Source: Bacteriovoracaceae bacterium (GTDB taxonomy: Bacteria > Bdellovibrionota > Bacteriovoracia > Bacteriovoracales > Bacteriovoracaceae). From it: a stretch of DNA of 53,341 bases. The stretch spans positions 1 to 53,341 of the forward strand of contig JBFGZE010000013.1 in assembly GCA_041586955.1 (NCBI GenBank), in the 5' to 3' direction. The translations under genes and the position numbers were made by a program. Shown here piece by piece: positions 46,952-53,341 of the stretch. The stretch's first letter is position 1. The number at the start of each line of letters is the position of its first letter. The notes beneath the pieces are model-generated. The model was not told the origin of the DNA and ran no database searches. It saw nothing but the letters and a program-made list of their open reading frames with translations.

Positions 46952-49339
46952 ATGGATGTAAAAGATTATAATCAGCGGTTAACTCAAACTCGGCAGCAGT
47001 ACTCAGATGCCAGGGATGAGATGCGCCAAAATTATAATAAATCGATTGAAGATCTCAGCGAACTCAATAAGTCAAAGCAGGCCGATCAATTACAAACCTT
47101 TAAGAATCAAAAAAGTGAAATCGAAGCACAACAAAAAAATACCGAAGAAATCTATAATAATAAGGCCACCGACGCTATTAATAATGTGACCAAACGTTAT
47201 CGTCAGGAAATTGCGCAGGCAAAGGACGAGTTTTCACGTGATCGAAATAATTATCGCGAAGGTTATCGTAAGGAAATGGACAATATGGCGCGTAGTTTCC
47301 GTCAGGCCCGCGATGCTCAGAATAAGCTTCATGCCCAAGATACGGCAAATATTAAACGCTCGTTACAAGAGGCGAATGGTGATAGTGGCTCGCGCTTAGA
47401 GCAAAAGATGCATGAATTTAATGAGGTGAATGCTGAGCGCTTTAGAAAAGAAAGAGCAAATTATCGTCAAGCGCGAGAAGAATTAGGGAGTCATTTTAAA
47501 GATCGAGTTGATCATCTTACTGAACTCAATGATAAGAATACCAAGAATCAAAGAAACGTTTTTTTAAAAGATAAAAACGCAATGGAAAAGCGGACGGAAG
47601 AGCTTCAGACTCATTATAGTGATAAAACCAAAGAAGCGGTTGATGAGGCCACTAAAAATTACCGGCAAGACCTCAAAGAGGCGACAGAGAATTTTCAAAG
47701 AGAGAATAATAATGTCCGCAACAATTATCGGCGGAAGTTGACCAATGTTAGTGATGCCTTTACTGATAATAAAAATGAAATGGAAAGAGGGCACAAACTT
47801 GAAAGTGAAAACCGACATAAACAATATAGAGATAAACTTGAAGAGAGCGCTCGCAACTTTAATGAGCGGGTGAATGAAATTACTCGCAATAGTAAACACC
47901 AAGTAGAAGACATTCGAAATAGTTATGTCGATGAGCAAGGAGACCTTCTTAAAAAAAATGAACGTGAAAAGCGTCAAATGATTCAAGATTTTTCCAAAGA
48001 AATCAGTGACATTAAAGAGAAAAACCTGAACGAAAAAACCGCATTGATGACCTCTCAGAAAAGAGAATTAAGTACTGCTAGTGAGTTAAATAATAACCGT
48101 ATTGAAACGATACAAGAAAATAATAAGCGGAAATCAGAGCGAATGGAGAAAAGCTTCGAGGATGCCACTAATGGACTCATCCAGCGCAATAAGGCCGCGA
48201 CAGACAGTATGATTAAAGATCTCAATAACCAGGCATTGAGAGACAAGAATAAGCAAGAGGCGCAAATTATTGCACTTAAAAGAGAAAAGCGTCAGATGTC
48301 CAATAAGTCCGGAATGACTCAATTTGATCAAGAAAAAGAGAGAATTGATCACGCCCACGGTTTACGGGTGGAGAATTTAAAACGCGCCATGGACAATCAG
48401 AATTATAAGGCCGAACTTAAAATGGAGCGACTGGCTAAAGGTCACCAAGACGAGCTTAGAAATCTTAGCATTATGCAGGGGATGGAGATTGATAAGAAGA
48501 AGGGCGAATTGGCCGAGTTCCGGGAAGTGGAATTGTCCCGTCTGAAAGATAAGCAAGATGAAAAAATGGAGGTCTTTGATCGCCGTTACCGCACCCTAGA
48601 AGTGGAAAAGGAAGATCAGTCTATCAATTCTGCCCAAAAGTTACGCAATGTAGTAGAGCAGAAACGACTAGAGAATGCTCGTACCATTAATCGTCTCAAT
48701 GATGAATATCAGCGTAATGCCTCAATTATGAGAAAAGATCTTTCCGAGCAAAATGCCAATTTTATGAAAGCTGAGCGGGCCAATGGCCGTCGGGAGCGCG
48801 AAAGTTTACGTGATGAAATGAATACTAAGTTTGAGCGTAAAGAAGATAGCCTTAATAAAAGAGTTGATCATTGGCAATCAGAGCATCGTAAAGCGGTGGC
48901 CAGTTATGAAAAGAAGTTAGATGAACTAGCAAAGAAGTCGGCCAAAGAGCTCAGTTCACTCCAAAACTTGGAAAAAGAAAGACGCTATCAAGATCAGCGT
49001 TTGAAAAAAGCAGAGATGAATGATCTTGCACGCGAGTATGAAAAGGTGATTGGTGATATCCGCGTTCGCTTTGACAAGGAAATGGCCAAATTTAAAAACC
49101 ATAGTGATACCTATATTGCGAAATTAACCGAGCGCTATGAAGACCAATTGACGAGAGAGAGGCGAGACGCTTCTAAAGATTTAAACTTGAAACTGGCCCA
49201 TGCTAAATCTGAATATAATCGCATGGTAAGAGAGAAAGATATTCAGTTGGAAGCAGTGAGCCAGAAATATGAAATGAAGATGGATAAGATGCGCCAAGCA
49301 AATGCTCAGGCCCAAGAAGTTCAGTCAAAACGTAGTTAA
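46952..49339 (+). CDS. Long all-helical charged coiled-coil protein
   Basis: 795 aa rich in E/K/R/N/Q, no Pro or Cys seen, no signal peptide or TM segment. Confidence 0.8.
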   Translation: MDVKDYNQRLTQTRQQYSDARDEMRQNYNKSIEDLSELNKSKQADQLQTFKNQKSEIEAQQKNTEEIYNNKATDAINNVTKRYRQEIAQAKDEFSRDRNNYREGYRKEMDNMARSFRQARDAQNKLHAQDTANIKRSLQEANGDSGSRLEQKMHEFNEVNAERFRKERANYRQAREELGSHFKDRVDHLTELNDKNTKNQRNVFLKDKNAMEKRTEELQTHYSDKTKEAVDEATKNYRQDLKEATENFQRENNNVRNNYRRKLTNVSDAFTDNKNEMERGHKLESENRHKQYRDKLEESARNFNERVNEITRNSKHQVEDIRNSYVDEQGDLLKKNEREKRQMIQDFSKEISDIKEKNLNEKTALMTSQKRELSTASELNNNRIETIQENNKRKSERMEKSFEDATNGLIQRNKAATDSMIKDLNNQALRDKNKQEAQIIALKREKRQMSNKSGMTQFDQEKERIDHAHGLRVENLKRAMDNQNYKAELKMERLAKGHQDELRNLSIMQGMEIDKKKGELAEFREVELSRLKDKQDEKMEVFDRRYRTLEVEKEDQSINSAQKLRNVVEQKRLENARTINRLNDEYQRNASIMRKDLSEQNANFMKAERANGRRERESLRDEMNTKFERKEDSLNKRVDHWQSEHRKAVASYEKKLDELAKKSAKELSSLQNLEKERRYQDQRLKKAEMNDLAREYEKVIGDIRVRFDKEMAKFKNHSDTYIAKLTERYEDQLTRERRDASKDLNLKLAHAKSEYNRMVREKDIQLEAVSQKYEMKMDKMRQANAQAQEVQSKRS

Positions 49340-49438
49340 ATAGGCCCTATGCTCCTTTGTCCATTCATAAAGCATTTGTAGGCAAAGCCTTGGCCTTTTG
49401 TTATCGTTGAAAGGGAACTATCCAAAGGAATCTTTGTT

Positions 49439-51121
49439 ATGAGACGTGCTAAAATTATAGCAACCCTTGGCCCATCCAGTAATACGATCGAGAAAATCAA
49501 GGATCTGATCCTGGCAGGCATGAATGTTGCTCGGATCAATATGAGCCATGGGACCCATGAAGGTCATGCTGAGGTGATTCGCAATATTCGCCAGGCCTCG
49601 GAAGATATTGGTATTGAAGTCGCTATTTTATTAGATCTTCAAGGCCCTAAAATTCGTGTCGATAAATTAGATCGGCCTTTAGAAATTAAGGCCGGTGAGA
49701 AATGGGTGATTGGCCCATCCTCAAAAATTAAAGATTATCCAGAATATCAAAATAATTATATTCCCACCGTTTATGAGAAATTAGTTGATGATTGCCATGA
49801 TGGCGCTCGTATTTTATTTGATGATGGCCTTATGTCGGCCGTTGCTAAGAAGCGTGACCGTGATGTATATGAAATCGAAATTTTAACTGGTGGTTTTCTT
49901 AAATCAAATAAGGGGATTAACCTTCCCGATTGTGAGGTTTCTGCACCTGCTTTCACCGCCCAAGATCGTGTTAATTTATTATTTGGCCTTAAGCAGGGGA
50001 TCGACTTTGTCGCTCTCTCTTTTGTTAGAACACGTGAAGATGTTGAAGAAGTTAAATTTCTTCTTCATTCGCTTAAAATGAATATTCCCATTGTCTCTAA
50101 AATTGAAAAGCCTCAGGCCATCGATAATTTAGAAGAAATTCTTAAGGTGACTGATGTAATCATGGTGGCACGAGGAGATATGGGCGTAGAAGTGGGCAAC
50201 CATTTAGTCCCAGCACTTCAGAAAAAAATTATTACTCTTTGTAATGCTCGCTATACGCCAGTTATTACCGCCACTCAAATGTTGGAGAGCATGACTGAAA
50301 ATCCAACACCGACCAGAGCTGAAGCTTCAGATGTCGCTAACGCTATTTGGGATGGCACAGATGCCGTTATGTTAAGTGGTGAAACGGCGGCCGGTAAATA
50401 CCCTGTCGAAGCGGTTAAGATGATGGGACAAATTGTCGAAGAAGCAGAAAAGAGTCCGAAAGAGCGTCCTTTTCTGCGCCATATGGATCTTTCAAGCGTC
50501 AACGCCTCTGTCATGGTCGCCGCTTCAATGATTGCCGAAAAAGTGGATGCTAAGCGTATTTTATCCGTGACCGAATCGGGCAATTCTTGTCAGAAAATTT
50601 CTCTCTTTAGACCGCGTACCCCAGTTCTTGGAATTACCAGCCATATTAATGTCGCTCGTCGCATGTGCCTTTACTGGGGAGTTAGCCCTTTTCATATTTT
50701 TTCTTATGATGAAGATAATTTCAATTTTCAAAAAGACGTCGTTAATAATGTTCGTGACGCTCTTTCTCTTGAAAATGGCGATAAGTTGGTGATCACTCGT
50801 GGTGATGGTAAGTTTTTCGCCAAAGGGAGTTCTAATTCCGTTAAAGTGGAAATTATAAAAGATGTTCCTAATGTTTTAGGCTCCGATGACTACCTGGTGA
50901 CTGGTGAAGATGATAAAAAAACTATCATGATCGACACTAATGTTTGTGGTTCTTGCCAGAATTGTATTTCCATTTGCCCCCATGGAATTTGGAAATTAAC
51001 GGATGATAATCATAATAGAACTACCATCGACCTTGATCGTGTCAGTCGTTGTACTATGGATAATGAATGTATCCGTGTCTGCCCGACAGGTGCGATTGAG
51101 ATTATTCCCAAATTTACATGA
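49439..51121 (+). CDS. pyk: Pyruvate kinase with C-terminal dicluster ferredoxin domain
   Basis: KIIATLGP, RINMSHG, DLQGPKIR, MVARGDMG, TQMLESM, PTRAEASDVANA, MLSGETA; tail CGSCQNCISICP...CTMDNECIRVCP. Confidence 0.95.
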   Translation: MRRAKIIATLGPSSNTIEKIKDLILAGMNVARINMSHGTHEGHAEVIRNIRQASEDIGIEVAILLDLQGPKIRVDKLDRPLEIKAGEKWVIGPSSKIKDYPEYQNNYIPTVYEKLVDDCHDGARILFDDGLMSAVAKKRDRDVYEIEILTGGFLKSNKGINLPDCEVSAPAFTAQDRVNLLFGLKQGIDFVALSFVRTREDVEEVKFLLHSLKMNIPIVSKIEKPQAIDNLEEILKVTDVIMVARGDMGVEVGNHLVPALQKKIITLCNARYTPVITATQMLESMTENPTPTRAEASDVANAIWDGTDAVMLSGETAAGKYPVEAVKMMGQIVEEAEKSPKERPFLRHMDLSSVNASVMVAASMIAEKVDAKRILSVTESGNSCQKISLFRPRTPVLGITSHINVARRMCLYWGVSPFHIFSYDEDNFNFQKDVVNNVRDALSLENGDKLVITRGDGKFFAKGSSNSVKVEIIKDVPNVLGSDDYLVTGEDDKKTIMIDTNVCGSCQNCISICPHGIWKLTDDNHNRTTIDLDRVSRCTMDNECIRVCPTGAIEIIPKFT

Positions 51122-52122
51122 TTAGCGGTGTTGATCTACAAACTATTCTTGAGGATTACCCTCAGATTGTGGATTGCGGTTATACCACCGAATTGACGCC
51201 CGAATCTTACGGGCGTTATGATCGCTGGGTGCAAAAGAAAGGGCATGGGCCACTTCATTATTTGGCCGATTACCGCAAGGACAAACGAAAATCCCTCAAA
51301 GCATACTACCCCGAATGTGAATCTGCCTTGGTTTTTTTATTTTCATATGCTGACGGGAAGAAGGCACTCGATGATTTTTATCAAGGCCTTGAAAGTAATG
51401 GGCTGAAGGTCGCCAGCTATACCCTAGGCTTTAATGGCCAGGATTATCATTACGTCATTAAAGAATGGTTAGGGCAAATAGGGCAGCGTTTGGCCGCCTT
51501 GAACCCAGACCTCGATTATAAATTAACCTTGGATGTTCACCCCGTTTTAGAGCGCGATCTGGCCTACCGCTCAGGCCTTGGTTGGTTTGGCAAAAACTCG
51601 ATGTTTATTTCCAAAGAGCATGGTTCTTTTGTCTTATTAGGTTCTCTTCTCTTGAATCAAAGAATGGATTTAAAAGAAAAGGCGATGGATATTGATCATT
51701 GCGGTAATTGTCGCGCTTGTATCGACATCTGTCCAACAAACGCTATTGATATTGAAACCAGAACTATCATAACTTCGGAATGCATCTCCACTTATACTAT
51801 CGAATTATTCAAGGAAGAGGACACGCCTCCTAAGATTAAATGGCATGGCGGGGAAATCTTTGGCTGTGATCTTTGCCAAGACGTTTGCCCTTGGAATAAA
51901 AAGGTTCTCAAGGCCATAACTGCACAATCAGAGCTCTTAAATACGCCCTTTGGTCAATTAATCAAAGAAACATTTCTCACTCCATCTCCTGCCGCCATAA
52001 AAGCGAAATTAGAGGGGATGAGTGGCCGCGCTTTTACGCGTCTTTTTAAAGGTACTTCTTTTGAGCGTTCGGGAAAAAGAGGGCTTCTAAAGACTCTTCG
52101 CCACCTTTTTTATTTGGATTGA
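51118..52122 (+). CDS. queG: Epoxyqueuosine reductase
   Basis: DYH, PVLERDLAYRSGLGWFGKN, CGNCRACIDICP, CISTYTIE, GCDLCQDVCPWN. Confidence 0.92.
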   Translation: MISGVDLQTILEDYPQIVDCGYTTELTPESYGRYDRWVQKKGHGPLHYLADYRKDKRKSLKAYYPECESALVFLFSYADGKKALDDFYQGLESNGLKVASYTLGFNGQDYHYVIKEWLGQIGQRLAALNPDLDYKLTLDVHPVLERDLAYRSGLGWFGKNSMFISKEHGSFVLLGSLLLNQRMDLKEKAMDIDHCGNCRACIDICPTNAIDIETRTIITSECISTYTIELFKEEDTPPKIKWHGGEIFGCDLCQDVCPWNKKVLKAITAQSELLNTPFGQLIKETFLTPSPAAIKAKLEGMSGRAFTRLFKGTSFERSGKRGLLKTLRHLFYLD

Positions 52123-52883
52123 AAATAACCCTGATCTTTAAGCCATTTTTTGAGATGGGGTGCTGCCATTTCAGGTAAATGATGAGGGAGCCGTTTTGGT
52201 TTCTCCAATATGATGTCGTTACCTTGATCTTTTAAGATTTTTGCCATGCGCTCAGGACCGTCAGGGCCCGTTACTATATCGTCTTCACCCGCTAAAAAGA
52301 ACACTGTTTCGCCCTTCAATTGAAGCTTTCGCTTGAGAGTGTCAATGCGTGGAAAGAGAATCTCCGGGTGAATTGCTGGGGAGACTAATTGGGCGCGAAT
52401 ATTAAGCGTACTTTTATAAAAGGGGGTTTGAAACAAATGGGTTTGTCCCTCTTCATTGACCCCAAGACCAACTGCTACCCCTATTTTCTTGTAGGATGCG
52501 AGAGAGGGCAGGTTAAGGGCCATTAACGCCATCAGGGCACCGAGGCTATGGCCTCCTAGGATCAAGCGTTGGGCCTTCTGTTCATAATATTCTTCCATAC
52601 TAAAAATGGCCTGCGCAAAGAGAGCGGGGGTGTGCTCTTCAAATTCGTCCATGGATTGGACTTCGCTATAATGTCCCAGTAAATGACCAGGCAAGTCAAA
52701 AATGGCGACCGCCAGGCCCTCTTCCGCCAAGCGAATTCCCCAATTGAGGATGCTATCTTTATGGCTAGTATAGCCATGGGAAAAGGCCGCAAAGGTAGTT
52801 ACAGGCCCCTTGGGGAGGAAATAAAACACATGGGTTTTCTGGTCAATATAGCTAAGTGTCGAGGTTTTTACTTTAATATCCAT
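52110..52883 (-). CDS. Alpha/beta-hydrolase fold protein
   Basis: HGYT, DLPGH, nucleophile elbow GHSLG, GEDD, late His. Confidence 0.85.
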   Translation of the reverse strand: MDIKVKTSTLSYIDQKTHVFYFLPKGPVTTFAAFSHGYTSHKDSILNWGIRLAEEGLAVAIFDLPGHLLGHYSEVQSMDEFEEHTPALFAQAIFSMEEYYEQKAQRLILGGHSLGALMALMALNLPSLASYKKIGVAVGLGVNEEGQTHLFQTPFYKSTLNIRAQLVSPAIHPEILFPRIDTLKRKLQLKGETVFFLAGEDDIVTGPDGPERMAKILKDQGNDIILEKPKRLPHHLPEMAAPHLKKWLKDQGYFQSK

Positions 52884-52925
52884 AGGCCAAGCATACTAAA
52901 AAATTAAAAAAAGGGGAGATTTAAA

Positions 52926-52954
52926 TTGACGTTTCTGACCAAATCACTTAAATT
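52926..52954 (+). promoter_or_regulatory. Sigma70-type promoter for tRNA-Phe
   Basis: TTGACG-N17-TAAATT. Confidence 0.65.
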
Positions 52955-52972
52955 TTCCCAATCATAAAGGAC

Positions 52973-53048
52973 GCCCTCTTAGCTCAGTCGGTAGAGCAAG
53001 GGACTGAAAATCCCTGTGTCCGTGGTTCGAATCCGCGAGAGGGCACCA
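52973..53048 (+). tRNA. tRNA-Phe(GAA)
   Basis: GCCCTCTTAGCTCAGTCGGTAGAGCAAGGGACT-GAA-AATCCCTGTGTCCGTGGTTCGAATCCGCGAGAGGGCACCA, 76 nt with CCA. Confidence 0.98.
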
Positions 53049-53341
53049 TTTCTTTTGAAGTGCGAATCAAATTTCCGTCCTCAGTAGACCTAAAATCTCT
53101 GAGGACGAAATTTACCTCTCTAACTCCCTCATTATTTAAATCACTTACAATAATTTGCTCAAATAAGAGCCTGTATACAACTTTTAAGGCTGCTGGATCA
53201 TTTTCTTCGATACTTTGTATAGCTTTTTTAGCAACGTCTTGAATCGGCTTTAAAGTGAAGTTGTTAATCTTGTTTTGATTGTATGTTTCTTCAAGCCTTT
53301 TTATTTCTTCTTTACTTGTAAAGAGCTCATTCTCTAACAAG
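52984..53341 (-). mobile_element. Probable C-terminus of a large serine recombinase at the edge of an element integrated at tRNA-Phe (truncated by window)
   Basis: Frame is open to the window edge; coiled coil followed by LKVVYRLLFEQIIV, resembling the LSR C-terminal motif; points into the tRNA 3' end; sequence is visibly AT-richer after the CCA. The catalytic domain is not visible. Confidence 0.6.

Overview
Mostly core bacterial chromosome, probably from a Bdellovibrionota (Bacteriovorax/Halobacteriovorax-like) organism. That assignment is inferred from gene content and protein style, not from a database search. Housekeeping genes: guaB-guaA, dnaE, pyrD, queC, queG, pyk, ilvE, a phosphohexomutase, DsbD- and DsbA-family proteins, PhoX, an RND pump, a polar amino-acid ABC importer, an asymmetric ABC exporter, tRNA-Val(GAC) and tRNA-Phe(GAA). 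The window ends at what looks like the edge of an integrated element, where a probable serine-recombinase C-terminus reads antisense through tRNA-Phe. Most unusual loci: (1) pyruvate kinase fused to a C-terminal dicluster ferredoxin and translationally coupled to queG; (2) a lipoprotein joining a c-type cytochrome, an Ig-like module flanked by in-frame 28-bp direct repeats, and a PL1-like polysaccharide lyase; (3) a fully coupled XRE-HTH/TerB fusion + NfeD + two SPFH operon. No CRISPR array, rRNA or IS element was seen. All family calls come from motif recognition by eye.
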